DNA of 64,000 nt, from NCBI GenBank assembly GCA_963717145.1, contig OY970325.1, positions 4,512,001-4,576,000 on the forward strand, given 5' to 3'. The notes under the pieces are model-generated. The model saw only the letters and a list, made by a program, of their open reading frames with translations. It was not told the origin of the DNA and did no database searches. Positions 28,139-37,669 of this stretch are shown here, one piece after another; the first letter of the stretch is position 1, and each line of letters begins with the position of its first letter. This DNA is from an uncultured Armatimonadetes bacterium (GTDB lineage: Bacteria > Armatimonadota > UBA5829 > DTJY01). The position numbers and the translations under genes were made by a program.

Positions 28139-28984
28139 ATGGACAGATCATCCACTACGAACAGATATCGCTTTGTTGTGAAATATGGCTACATCCTGCT
28201 TGCTATCATGTTGGGAAGTAGGGCCGTTGCTGCCACTATGCCCTCGGGTTTCAACTACCCGACTAGTGCAACATGGACGGATAACTGGAATTGGCTGGCG
28301 GCGGGAGGTGGCGATACGCCAAGCTGTGACGACGTGCTAAATGAGTATCTCTGTGGCAAATACCACCTGGGAAAAGACATCGGTGCAGCAGCAGGCGCTG
28401 ATGTCTATGCGGTTGGCCCGGGACGTATCGTGCATGATGGTACTGGGACAAGTGACGTGGAACAGAAGTTCATGTGGGTGGAATTCGATCTTTCCAGCGG
28501 TGGTCACTTCTATGTTGTTTACGGCCACGTGAACAGAACCAAACCAGGGAATGACGTTGCGAAAGGTGATGTGATTGCCACCATTGCAAGTTGGCCCGGC
28601 AACAACCATCTGCATTTCGGCATCCGACCGGACGGCTATATCACAAGTGGATGGGGCCGTGGAAGTATACCAGCCGGATGGAATGGTAACAAGAATGATC
28701 TGAACAAGAACGGTTTTGTAGGCCCATGGGATTACCTATCAACGCACCAGCCCGCAGGTACTGGCTGTATACCCAACGCTAGCGACATCTGGCTCGACTT
28801 CGGATGGGGCGGGCCCTATACCGGCTGCCAGCAGTCACCCTTCAGCAGCCTGACCACGGCGATCGACGCTCTCAACTCCGGTGGCATCCTGCACATCAGG
28901 CCCGGGTCTACATCATGGACCGGGACGATCTCCAAGCCGATGACCCTGCAGGCAGAGAGTGGGACGGTTACCATCGGCAACTGA
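28139..28984 (+). CDS. Secreted M23-family metallopeptidase
   Basis: HLGKD (HxxxD), YGHV, HLHF motifs; signal peptide. Confidence 0.8.
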   Translation: MDRSSTTNRYRFVVKYGYILLAIMLGSRAVAATMPSGFNYPTSATWTDNWNWLAAGGGDTPSCDDVLNEYLCGKYHLGKDIGAAAGADVYAVGPGRIVHDGTGTSDVEQKFMWVEFDLSSGGHFYVVYGHVNRTKPGNDVAKGDVIATIASWPGNNHLHFGIRPDGYITSGWGRGSIPAGWNGNKNDLNKNGFVGPWDYLSTHQPAGTGCIPNASDIWLDFGWGGPYTGCQQSPFSSLTTAIDALNSGGILHIRPGSTSWTGTISKPMTLQAESGTVTIGN

Positions 28985-29089
28985 CCCCGAAACGGTAGGA
29001 CGGCGGCTGTCACGCGGTGTATTTCGTGGCATACCTCCCCCCGTCGGCTGCCGGTGGGAGGATTGCGGTGCGATGGGCCTGGGGAAGTA

Positions 29090-29278
29090 TGCTACGGGCA
29101 GACGGGATTGTACTACAGACGGTCCGTAGTACAATCCAGATCTTCCGTAGTATCGCACGGGTGGTCAGTAGTATGCCCCAGGGCCGCAGTAGTATCACCC
29201 GGTAGCCCTGTAGTATCATCCGGCCGCTCCGTAGTACACCTCACCCGTCGCGTAGTATGCAATACCCCTCCAGCAGTA
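29090..29278. repeat. 21-bp-period array of GTAGTA hexamers with variable 15-nt spacers
   Basis: GTAGTA at 29126, 29147, 29168, 29189, 29210, 29231, 29252; GCAGTA at 29273; inverted TACTAC at 29111 and TGCTAC at 29090. Confidence 0.9.
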
Positions 29279-29352
29279 CCCGTTTCCTGCCATAATGAGA
29301 ATGATTGCCGATTTCTGTCGCCGGGGAGACCGGCGGTGAGGAGATGGATGCC

Positions 29353-30021
29353 ATGTCCCGTGACTATATGCCGCATGCCGAGCACGAGTTGGCCGGGTGG
29401 GCGGACAAGTTCGTCGCCTTCGCCCAGGCGCATGCAGAAGATATCAGCCTGACCGAGGATGAGCTGACCGCACTTGTCAACGATCACGAGGCTTTCGATA
29501 GTGCCCGGAGCGAGTATGATGTCCTCGCTGCCCAGGCGCGTGGTGCGTGCAAGATGAAGAACCAAGCCCGCCGGAGTCTCGTCGACCGCATGAGGGAGAT
29601 CGCCATGCGCATCCAGACGAGCCCGGCGATCAACAATGGGGACCGGGCCTCCCTCGGGCTGTCGCTCGGTTTACCGAGGGAGCATGTTCCCCTCGAGTTC
29701 TCCGATGAGTTGCCGTATGCGGCGATCGACAGCTTCGGGCGGCTGAAGCACGTGCTCAGGATCACAAACAAGACCGAGAAGGGGTCGTCGAAGGCACGCC
29801 CGGGGAACGCGACCGGCTGCGAGGTCTGGGTGAAGGTCGGCGACTCGCCGTCGGGTCACGAAGAACTCAGGTATGTCGGAACGGCAACGGACGGATTGCG
29901 CGTCGTGGAGTTCTCGGCCGAGGACGGGGGGAAGAAGGCCTGGTACATGCTGCGGTGGGTCGGCCGCCGCTCGGCGGTGGGTTCCTGGAGTGGGACGTTC
30001 TCCGCGACGATCGCGGCGTAG
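29353..30021 (+). CDS. Uncharacterised protein, helical N-domain plus FnIII/Ig-like C-domain
   Basis: GAGGAG RBS; MSRDYMP...; C-terminal AWYMLRWVGRRSAVGSWS FnIII-like ending; no signal peptide. Confidence 0.75.
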   Translation: MSRDYMPHAEHELAGWADKFVAFAQAHAEDISLTEDELTALVNDHEAFDSARSEYDVLAAQARGACKMKNQARRSLVDRMREIAMRIQTSPAINNGDRASLGLSLGLPREHVPLEFSDELPYAAIDSFGRLKHVLRITNKTEKGSSKARPGNATGCEVWVKVGDSPSGHEELRYVGTATDGLRVVEFSAEDGGKKAWYMLRWVGRRSAVGSWSGTFSATIAA

Positions 30022-30098
30022 GAGGAAGGTTTCGGGTTATGGGTTGCAGGTTATGGGGAACCAATAACCTGCAACCTCGTGTCCGATTCCACGTCGGA

Positions 30099-30551
30099 TC
30101 ACTCGGCGGCGAAGAAGGCTTCCAGTTCCGTCTGAAGCCTGTCCAGCGTTTCCTCGCAGTGGAGCACGAGGTCGGACATCTTGCGCCATTTCACCTCGGT
30201 CGTGTACGCATGGCGGAACATGTGGCGGAAGTCCAGATAGTAGCGGAGTCGCAGGCGGAGGTCGTCGGAGATAACAGGCGGTCGGAGATCGGTAGGTTGC
30301 GCCATCAGCCCAAGCAGGGCGGCATGCGAAGACAACCCTGATGGAAGCGAATCGTCTATCTCCTCTGCGACACGCTTGAAGATATTCTCGATGCCTGTGT
30401 AGAACGAATGGAGCATGGCCGCCAGGGCGCTCATCTCCACGTAATCGGGTTCGGACGCTCGTACCTTTTCCAGGAGCGGGCGAAAGGAATCCAGCAACTC
30501 CCGAAGCATTGCGAGTTCGAGGTTGGCTCTCTTCTGCGTCTTAGGCCACAC
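30099..30551 (-). CDS. HEPN-domain RNase (HepT-like toxin)
   Basis: LHSFYTGIENIFKR; RHMFRH (RX4H) motif; GTG start overlapping the MNT stop. Confidence 0.8.
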   Translation of the reverse strand: MWPKTQKRANLELAMLRELLDSFRPLLEKVRASEPDYVEMSALAAMLHSFYTGIENIFKRVAEEIDDSLPSGLSSHAALLGLMAQPTDLRPPVISDDLRLRLRYYLDFRHMFRHAYTTEVKWRKMSDLVLHCEETLDRLQTELEAFFAAE

Positions 30552-30822
30552 GGACCAACTCCCCTTCCTCTTCGATAAAGCGCGTGAAGAGGTTGTTATC
30601 ATCCAGGTCCACGAGATCAAAGAGGCGCTGGATGGCATCGCCCACCTTGCTCATTGTGGGGAAGAACTTCTCAGGCGGAAGGCCACGAATCGCGATGTCT
30701 ATATCCGAGTCAGGCCTCATCTTGCCGTGGGCGGCCGATCCGAAGACGTAGACTTCGGTCGCTCCCTCCTCGCGGAGTATCCGTGCGGCTGTTTCGATGT
30801 CATTCTTGACGGCGTCATTCAT
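30541..30822 (-). CDS. Minimal nucleotidyltransferase (MNT) antitoxin
   Basis: VFGSAAHGKMRPDSDIDI (GS-X10-DxD). Confidence 0.85.
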   Translation of the reverse strand: MNDAVKNDIETAARILREEGATEVYVFGSAAHGKMRPDSDIDIAIRGLPPEKFFPTMSKVGDAIQRLFDLVDLDDNNLFTRFIEEEGELVRVA

Positions 30823-31069
30823 GGCAGATCGCTGCCTCCACTCGCTCGTTCAGATCAATCCCATCAACCTCAGGAATCTCGTGCCCTTTCCGCAGGCCGA
30901 CGAGCAGCCAACTCTCCAAGACCTCGCGGAGAGATTCCCTGCACTGCTCGAGGGTATCACTCTCAGCCCACACGCCCTGCAGACCTGGGATCTCCCCCCA
31001 GAAGGGCCCGTTCTCCATTATCTCGTAATGCGCGTGGCTCATTGCGCGCTCGATATATCGTGTCAGCAT
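30815..31069 (-). CDS. HicB-like antitoxin-family protein
   Basis: GEIPGLQGVWAESDTLEQCRESLREVL HicB-like signature. Confidence 0.75.
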   Translation of the reverse strand: MLTRYIERAMSHAHYEIMENGPFWGEIPGLQGVWAESDTLEQCRESLREVLESWLLVGLRKGHEIPEVDGIDLNERVEAAICHE

Positions 31070-31128
31070 TCTCTCACTCCCGGTAGAGGGCCTGATGAGT
31101 CCATTATATCACAACTGGCATGGAACCC

Positions 31129-31228
31129 GTAGGAGGGATTTGCCGGGATGATCGTGCACGGTAATCCCGACGGTCGAGGCCACCGTTCGGGATTACCGTG
31201 CACAATCATCCCGGCAAATCCCTCCTAC
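31129..31228. repeat. REPIN-like palindrome, homologue of 14862-14954
   Basis: GTAGGAGGGATTTGCCGGGATGA...TCATCCCGGCAAATCCCTCCTAC. Confidence 0.9.
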
Positions 31229-31280
31229 GGGGTACGACAGAGGCGAAGGGAGCGGAGGCGGAGGCGCAGAACAGTACCTC

Positions 31281-32171
31281 GTGAGCAACCTACGTCGCCG
31301 AGAATCCATCGAGGGGTATCTGTTCGTCGCGCCTTTGTTGGTGGGATTGATCGTCTTCACCGCCGGGCCGATGCTCGCGTCGCTGGTTATCAGCTTCTGC
31401 AAGTACAATCTGTTCAGCCCGCCGAAGTTCGTCGGCCTCGCGAACTACACCGAACTCGCGCGCGATCCGCTCTTCTGGCAGAGCCTGAAGGTCACGATGA
31501 TCTACTCGTTCGTCAGCGTCCCGGTCGGCCTCAGCCTCGGACTCGCCGTCGCGCTGCTGATGAACCAGAAGATCAAGGGGATCGCCATCTTTCGCACGAT
31601 CTACTACCTCCCGGCGGTCGTCTCGGGCGTGGCGGTCGCGCTCCTGTGGATATGGATCTTCGACCCCTCGTACGGGCTCGGCAACGTCGTGCTCCGGGCG
31701 TTTGGCATCCCTCCGGTGGGATGGCTCTCCGACCCGCGGACCTCGCTCCTGTCGCTGATCCTGATGAGCTTCTGGGGAGTCGGCGGCGGGATGGTGATCT
31801 ACCTCGCCGGCCTGCAGTCCGTGCCTCAGCATCTCTACGAGGCCGCGTCGCTCGATGGGGCGAGCGTATGGGCGAAGTTCCGGCACGTGACGGTCCCGAT
31901 GCTCACGCCGGTGATCTTCTACAACCTGATCATGGGGATCATCGGCAGCTTCCAGGTCTTCACGCAGGCGTTCGTGATGACGAACGGCGGCCCGGTGAAC
32001 AGCACCCTCTTCTATGTGCTCTATCTGTTCCGCCAGGCGTTCAACTACTACCACATGGGCTACGCGTCTGCGATGGCCTGGGTGCTCTTCGTGATCATCC
32101 TCGTGCTCACGATGCTCGTCTTCAAGTCATCCGCCGCGTGGGTCTACTACGAGGGTGACCGGCGGAGGTAG
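31281..32171 (+). CDS. Sugar ABC transporter permease (first subunit)
   Basis: EAA motif LYEAASLDGASVWAKFRHVTVPML. Confidence 0.95.
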   Translation: MSNLRRRESIEGYLFVAPLLVGLIVFTAGPMLASLVISFCKYNLFSPPKFVGLANYTELARDPLFWQSLKVTMIYSFVSVPVGLSLGLAVALLMNQKIKGIAIFRTIYYLPAVVSGVAVALLWIWIFDPSYGLGNVVLRAFGIPPVGWLSDPRTSLLSLILMSFWGVGGGMVIYLAGLQSVPQHLYEAASLDGASVWAKFRHVTVPMLTPVIFYNLIMGIIGSFQVFTQAFVMTNGGPVNSTLFYVLYLFRQAFNYYHMGYASAMAWVLFVIILVLTMLVFKSSAAWVYYEGDRRR

Positions 32172-32193
32172 GTATTGGGTGTCGGGTCTTGGG

Positions 32194-33429
32194 TTATGGG
32201 CTCCCCAACACCTGACACCCAACACCCGCAACCTCCCCCGGACGCCACTGCGGAAACATCGCGGCGTGCCCGGTCTTGAGATCGGTGATGCGCTTCTCCA
32301 CGCGATCGGCCAGGGACATCACATACAGTTGACGCACGCCGTCGCGTTTCGAGCCATAGAGCAGCCACCTGCCGTCCGGTGAGGGCTGCGGGTGGTAGTG
32401 CAGCGTCCCATCCGGCGTCTTCGTGAGCTGAGTGATCGTTCCGTCGAGCGTGGCCTGGAACATCTCGACGTTCGATCCCGTCTTGGCCGTGTAGAAGACC
32501 GACTTCCCGTCTGCCGACCAGACCGGAACGTCACTGCTTCCCTCGTGGAAGTCGGGCACATCGAGGAACAGTATCCAGCCCTGATAGCCATTGAGGTCCG
32601 CGAGCTTCCTCAGGCGCGTCCCATCGCGGCGGACGACGTATGGATTGCTGCGTCCTCGCACGCCGCTGACGAACAGCAGCCACTCGCCGTCAGCCGACCA
32701 GCGCGGGCCGAAGTTGAACTGGTTGCCGGTGTTGATGTGCCGCCTCTCTGATCCGTCGGCATTGGCGATGTAGACCTGATAGTCCTCGTGATAGCTGATG
32801 AGCTTTCCATCCGGGGACGCAGTGTAGCCGTAGGTGAAGCCGCTCCCATCCCCTGAGACATCCCGCTTGTTCCGGCCGTCCGGGTCCATGACGAACGGCT
32901 TCGACACGCCGTTGATCAGCGCGGTGAAGCCCAACCCTCCTCCGGGCTTGAAGAACAGGCCGCCGTTATAGTGGCTGACCCTGTCCACGGCTGTTACGTT
33001 GACTGTCTTCCCCGACTGCATGTCGAGCAGATACGAATCGAGCATCCACTTCCCCGGGTCCATGCGGAACGCCTTGTTCTGCTCTTCCCAGGCTGCATTC
33101 TCCGGATCTTCCCACCCTCGAAGGATGATCGCCTGCTTTCCGTCCGGCGACCAACCGGCGAACTGAGTCCACACATTGCGCTCGTCGGCGAGTTCCTCGG
33201 CTACCAGCCGCCGGTTCGACCCGTCGGCGTTGATCGTGACGGCTCGCATCGTCCGGGTGTTGGCATGCCGTCCACCCGGCAGGTTGGTGCGCAGTTCGCA
33301 GTAACCGATCATCAAGTCGCCTAACCTTCCTCCGTCGCCGGCCCGCTCAGGGTCGAGCCCCGATACCGCGCTCTCTCCGGCGATCCCCGCCAGGAGCACG
33401 ACGATAAGGACAACCAGTGTGTGTTTCAT
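32194..33429 (-). CDS. Secreted TolB-like beta-propeller (PD40 repeats)
   Basis: Repeated WSPDGK/WSADG/PSPDGR motifs; signal peptide. Confidence 0.8.
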   Translation of the reverse strand: MKHTLVVLIVVLLAGIAGESAVSGLDPERAGDGGRLGDLMIGYCELRTNLPGGRHANTRTMRAVTINADGSNRRLVAEELADERNVWTQFAGWSPDGKQAIILRGWEDPENAAWEEQNKAFRMDPGKWMLDSYLLDMQSGKTVNVTAVDRVSHYNGGLFFKPGGGLGFTALINGVSKPFVMDPDGRNKRDVSGDGSGFTYGYTASPDGKLISYHEDYQVYIANADGSERRHINTGNQFNFGPRWSADGEWLLFVSGVRGRSNPYVVRRDGTRLRKLADLNGYQGWILFLDVPDFHEGSSDVPVWSADGKSVFYTAKTGSNVEMFQATLDGTITQLTKTPDGTLHYHPQPSPDGRWLLYGSKRDGVRQLYVMSLADRVEKRITDLKTGHAAMFPQWRPGEVAGVGCQVLGSP

Positions 33430-33600
33430 AGCGCTTGCTCTCCTGGTGCGACCATGCCGGCGATACCACTTCATCCGGGATAAGTGCCGGAGGTCTACTC
33501 CATGATTCTCCAGGTAGTTATCTGTTCCTTCATTCTACACGAGGCCTGCTGTGGTCGTTCAATCCGCGGCGAGCGCTGCATGCCGGAAGAAGGAAGGACT

Positions 33601-34062
33601 TCACCTGGAGAATGAGAGGCTCCGGGCTCCGAAGAGAAGCCGGCGGCGCTTGAACAGGTGATACGCGGCGAACCCGACGAGCAGAATCCCGGCGACCGCG
33701 TGGACATCCCCGGCAATACTCTCAGTAGCCCTCTCGAGCACCCCGCATTCATCTCCGCCCTCGTCGTCACAGGGTGACATCGCGGCTGTGGCGACCGAGG
33801 CGATCGTCAGGCCGAGCAGGAGGGTGTACTCGCCCATCACGCGTCTCGTTCTCGCGGAGCACTGTCTGACAATCGCGAGGATCTGTCTCCGGTGGAGTGC
33901 GAGGTGGATGCCCACGAGCCCGACGAACGCGATGGCCGTGGCTTCGTGGAGTTCGAGCAATTCGCTCTCTTCGCAGATGCCGATCAGCGTCCCGAGCCCG
34001 GAACATGCGAGGGTTGCGAGCGCTGCGAGCGCGGCCACAGCGATCGCGCGGTTCAGGCTCAT
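33601..34062 (-). CDS. Membrane protein with His-containing helices (DUF4405-like)
   Basis: Duplicated H-x13-H helix pattern (LHEAT...GIHL; VHAVAG...AYHL). Confidence 0.55.
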   Translation of the reverse strand: MSLNRAIAVAALAALATLACSGLGTLIGICEESELLELHEATAIAFVGLVGIHLALHRRQILAIVRQCSARTRRVMGEYTLLLGLTIASVATAAMSPCDDEGGDECGVLERATESIAGDVHAVAGILLVGFAAYHLFKRRRLLFGARSLSFSR

Positions 34063-35003
34063 CTTACTCCTCCATCGGCGGGCTTGTAGGTCGGCATCTT
34101 CGCGCGCAGTTTCTCGATGCGTTTCGCGGTCGGCGGGTGGGTGCTGAATACGCCGCTGAGGAGTCCTTTCTTCCCGCCGGAGAGCTTGCCGAGCTTCTCG
34201 AATACCTTCAGCCCGGCGGTCGGATCGTAACCGGCTGCGGACATGAACTTGAAGCCCAGGTCGTCCGCCTGATACTCCGCGGCCTGGGAGAGTTGCATCG
34301 TCGTCAACTGCTCGCCGGTCTGGGCCGCGAGCACGGTGATCATGTCCTGCTGCCCGCCTTCGCTGCCAGCGTTACGGAGTAGAGCGTCGGTCGCGGCCTT
34401 GATGAGCCCTGCGTTTCGGAGTTGCTCGGCGGAGTGCTCCTCGACCACGTGCGCCATTTCATGGCCGATTACCGCGGCAAGTTGGTTGGCGTCGCCGCCG
34501 GTCATATCCACAAGTCCGTCAGAGACGTAGACTCTTCCGCCGGGCAGTGCTATGGCGTTCACTGCGCCGTTCTTGGAGGTCGCAATACGGAATGTCCACG
34601 CCCAGTCCCTGGGAGCATTATGCCCGCGGTATTTGACGGGCAGTGCCTTGACGAGTCGTGCGGATATCTTCTGGACCGTTGGATCATTGGTGGCCTGCTG
34701 ATCCAGATTTTGCGACGACGCCACCTTGTTTCCCAGCGCGATCTGCTGCTGCTGGGAGAGCTTGAACGGGTTGACGGGTAACTGCGGCACCTTGATGCTC
34801 AGAGGGATGCCGAGTTCCGGTGGGAGCGCGATCTCCCTGGGAATGTTGATCCCGACGTTCCTCATCGTGTCGACCAGCCGGCCGAGGACGCCGGTCTCCG
34901 AGCCGAAGAAGACGAACACGGCGATGGCTGTGACAGCTATCAGGCAGCCGCAGCCCATCACGAGCTTTTTCAACTTCTTCTTGAGTTTCTTTCCGTGCCC
35001 CAT
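34059..35003 (-). CDS. M48-family metallopeptidase
   Basis: NAIALPGG, HEMAH, EYQADDLG, STHP. Confidence 0.9.
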   Translation of the reverse strand: MGHGKKLKKKLKKLVMGCGCLIAVTAIAVFVFFGSETGVLGRLVDTMRNVGINIPREIALPPELGIPLSIKVPQLPVNPFKLSQQQQIALGNKVASSQNLDQQATNDPTVQKISARLVKALPVKYRGHNAPRDWAWTFRIATSKNGAVNAIALPGGRVYVSDGLVDMTGGDANQLAAVIGHEMAHVVEEHSAEQLRNAGLIKAATDALLRNAGSEGGQQDMITVLAAQTGEQLTTMQLSQAAEYQADDLGFKFMSAAGYDPTAGLKVFEKLGKLSGGKKGLLSGVFSTHPPTAKRIEKLRAKMPTYKPADGGVR

Positions 35004-35025
35004 TGACATCTCCAAAAACGAACAC

Positions 35026-37617
35026 TCAGCTTGAGATGCTGACCGCCCCTGTCTGCGTGGATAGATTGCCGGCGCCGCGTGCTATGGTTGGCTTCAACAA
35101 CTCGAACCACAAGACCCCGAGCAGTCCGCCTGCCACGCTCAGCATCGCGGGCGTGACACCGAGAGCCTCGAACTTGAAGAGCCGGCTGAGGAACGGCATA
35201 TTGAGCACCAGAACGAGGAAGACGGCAGCGCCCCCGACCACGTACCACATCGCTCTGTTCGGCGAGCGCAGGATCGCGATGATGCTCCTCGTCCAGGAGA
35301 CGTTCGTGAGGATGAGCGCCAGGTTCGCGACGATCAGGGTCGTGAACGCCATGGTGCGCGCGCCCTCCTCGCCGTGCCCGATGGCCCGTCCGACGACGAA
35401 GACTCCGAGGCTGACGATCAGAATGCTCATCCCCTGGAGAAGGCTTATCACGACGGCCCGCCTGCTGAAGATCGACTCCTTTGGATCGCGCGGCGGCCGC
35501 TTCATGACGTTCGCTTCGCCCGGTTCGGCTTCGAAGACCGTCGAGCAGGCCGGGTCGATGATCAGTTCCATGAAGACGATGTGGATCGGCAGCAATATCA
35601 GCGGCCAGCCGAGCGCGACCGGGATGAGAGACAGGCCGGCGATCGGCACGTGGATGGCGAAGATGTACGCCATCGCCTTGCGGAGGTTATCAAATATTCG
35701 CCGCCCCATCCGAACGGCGGCGACGATGGAGGAGAAATCGTCGTCGAGAAGGACGAGGCCCGCCGCCTCGCGGGCCACATCGGTCCCGCGTCCTCCCATC
35801 GCGATGCCGATGTCGGATGCTTTCAGGGCGGGCGCGTCATTCACGCCGTCGCCGGTCATCGCCACGACCTCGCCATTCGCCTGAAGCGCCTGGACGAGCC
35901 GCAGCTTCTGCTCGGGAACGACTCGGGCGAAGACGTTGGCCGAGCCGATGTGCGCGCGCAGGTCTGAATCGCTCATGGCGTTCAGTTCGTCGCCGGTGAT
36001 GACGTGATCGGGGTCCTTCAGTCCGATCTGCGACGCAATGTTTCGCGCGGTGACCGGGTAGTCGCCGGTTATCATGACAACCCTGATGCCCGCCTCATAG
36101 CACTCCGCGATAGCGGAGGGCACTGACGGCCGAATGGGATCAGCGAGCCCGACGAGTCCGACCAACTCGAAGTCGAAATCATGCTGCTTGTCCGGCAGGT
36201 CATCCGTCTGCATGAAGAACGCTCTGGCAACGCCGAGGACGCGCAATCCGGCGTTTGCCATGACGCCGATCTGTTCGGAGAGCGCTTCTTTCCGGGTGTC
36301 GTCGAAGTGGCAGAGGTCCGCGATCGCCTCGGGAGCGCCCTTTGCCGCGATCACGTACCTCTCCTTGCCGGGCGACTGCCATACGTGGGACATGGCGAGC
36401 AGTTCCCTGGAGAGCGGATACTGCTGCACGAGCGACCAGTCCCCGTGCACGTGCTCGGTCTGCGCCAGACACTCATCGCCGAGCTGGTGGAACGCCTTCT
36501 CCATCGGGTCGAAGGGATCTCGCTGGCTCGCGAGGATGCTGAACTCCACCAGGGAATGGAAGTGCTCCGGCAAGTCCCCGCGCTCGATGCGACCGACCTC
36601 GACTTGGTGCTCATCGGCATAGAGTTGGCTGACCGACATGCGGTTCATCGTCAGCGTCCCTGTCTTATCGACGCACAGGACGGTGGCGGACCCGAGGATC
36701 TCGACGGCCGGCATGCGTCGCGCAAGGACCTGGTGTCGGGAGATCCGCCATGCGCCGAGCGCGAGGAATATCGTCAGGACGACGGGGAACTCCTCGGGGA
36801 GGAGCGACATCGCGAGGGCGACCCCCGCGAGGATGCCCTTCAGCCAGTCGCCCCTCGTCAGCCCGTATGCGATAACCACCAGTGCGCTGAGAGAACCGCC
36901 GCCGATAGCGAGAGTGCGCACCAGTTTTGCAGTCTGCTTCTGCAGCGCGGTCTTCTCGACTTCGAGAGCTTGCAGCGACTTGCCGATCCTGCCTATCTCG
37001 GTCTCGATGCCGGTCTCCCGAATCTCGATCAGCGCCTGGCCCTGAACGACCAGCGTACCGGAGTAGACGAACGGCTCATCGTCACCCCCGGGAAGGGGAT
37101 CCGAGTCGCGGCCATCCCAGTCTGACTTCCGCACGGCCACGGATTCGCCGGTGAGCAGCGATTCATCGACTGTGAGGTTGATCGACGCGAGCACGATGCC
37201 ATCGGCGGGGACTCTGTCGCCCTCCGCGATGATCACCGCGTCGCCTCGCACGACTTCGCAGCCGGGGATGCGCTTCTCCTCGCCACCGCGTATCACTCGC
37301 GCTCGCGGGCTCGAGAGGTTGCGCAGCGCCTGGAGTGCGTTCTCGGTCTTGCGCTCTTGGTTCAGGGTGATTCCGATGATCACGAAGACGAAGCCGAGCA
37401 GCAGCAGCGCCTCCTGCAAGTCGCCCAGCAGAAGATAGATGATCCCGCCGGCGACCAAGAGCAGGAACATCGGCTCGCGGATCACCTCGGCTGCGATGGC
37501 GAAGATGCTCCGCGGCTTAGCTGACGGCAGCTCGTTAGGGCCGTCGGTTGCAAACCGCTTCTCCGCTTCTTCCTGGGTGAGACCCTGGTGTTCCTTGCTG
37601 CTCAAGCTGTATGTCAT
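35026..37617 (-). CDS. Cation-transporting P-type ATPase (type II)
   Basis: TGES, PEEFP, DKTGTLT, TGD, GDGVNDAPALK. Confidence 0.95.
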   Translation of the reverse strand: MTYSLSSKEHQGLTQEEAEKRFATDGPNELPSAKPRSIFAIAAEVIREPMFLLLVAGGIIYLLLGDLQEALLLLGFVFVIIGITLNQERKTENALQALRNLSSPRARVIRGGEEKRIPGCEVVRGDAVIIAEGDRVPADGIVLASINLTVDESLLTGESVAVRKSDWDGRDSDPLPGGDDEPFVYSGTLVVQGQALIEIRETGIETEIGRIGKSLQALEVEKTALQKQTAKLVRTLAIGGGSLSALVVIAYGLTRGDWLKGILAGVALAMSLLPEEFPVVLTIFLALGAWRISRHQVLARRMPAVEILGSATVLCVDKTGTLTMNRMSVSQLYADEHQVEVGRIERGDLPEHFHSLVEFSILASQRDPFDPMEKAFHQLGDECLAQTEHVHGDWSLVQQYPLSRELLAMSHVWQSPGKERYVIAAKGAPEAIADLCHFDDTRKEALSEQIGVMANAGLRVLGVARAFFMQTDDLPDKQHDFDFELVGLVGLADPIRPSVPSAIAECYEAGIRVVMITGDYPVTARNIASQIGLKDPDHVITGDELNAMSDSDLRAHIGSANVFARVVPEQKLRLVQALQANGEVVAMTGDGVNDAPALKASDIGIAMGGRGTDVAREAAGLVLLDDDFSSIVAAVRMGRRIFDNLRKAMAYIFAIHVPIAGLSLIPVALGWPLILLPIHIVFMELIIDPACSTVFEAEPGEANVMKRPPRDPKESIFSRRAVVISLLQGMSILIVSLGVFVVGRAIGHGEEGARTMAFTTLIVANLALILTNVSWTRSIIAILRSPNRAMWYVVGGAAVFLVLVLNMPFLSRLFKFEALGVTPAMLSVAGGLLGVLWFELLKPTIARGAGNLSTQTGAVSISS

Positions 37618-37669
37618 ATCGAGCCCCAAGTCGAGAGTTGGAGGCTGGGAGTTGGAAGTCGAAGTGCGA

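Noticed and set aside
29090-29278. GTAGTA array as CRISPR, or as protein ORFs 29054-29452 / 29010-29219 / 29113-29565
   Set aside because: A 6-bp repeat with 15-bp spacers is far below CRISPR dimensions; the ORFs show no synonymous variation in the motif and no convincing protein character.
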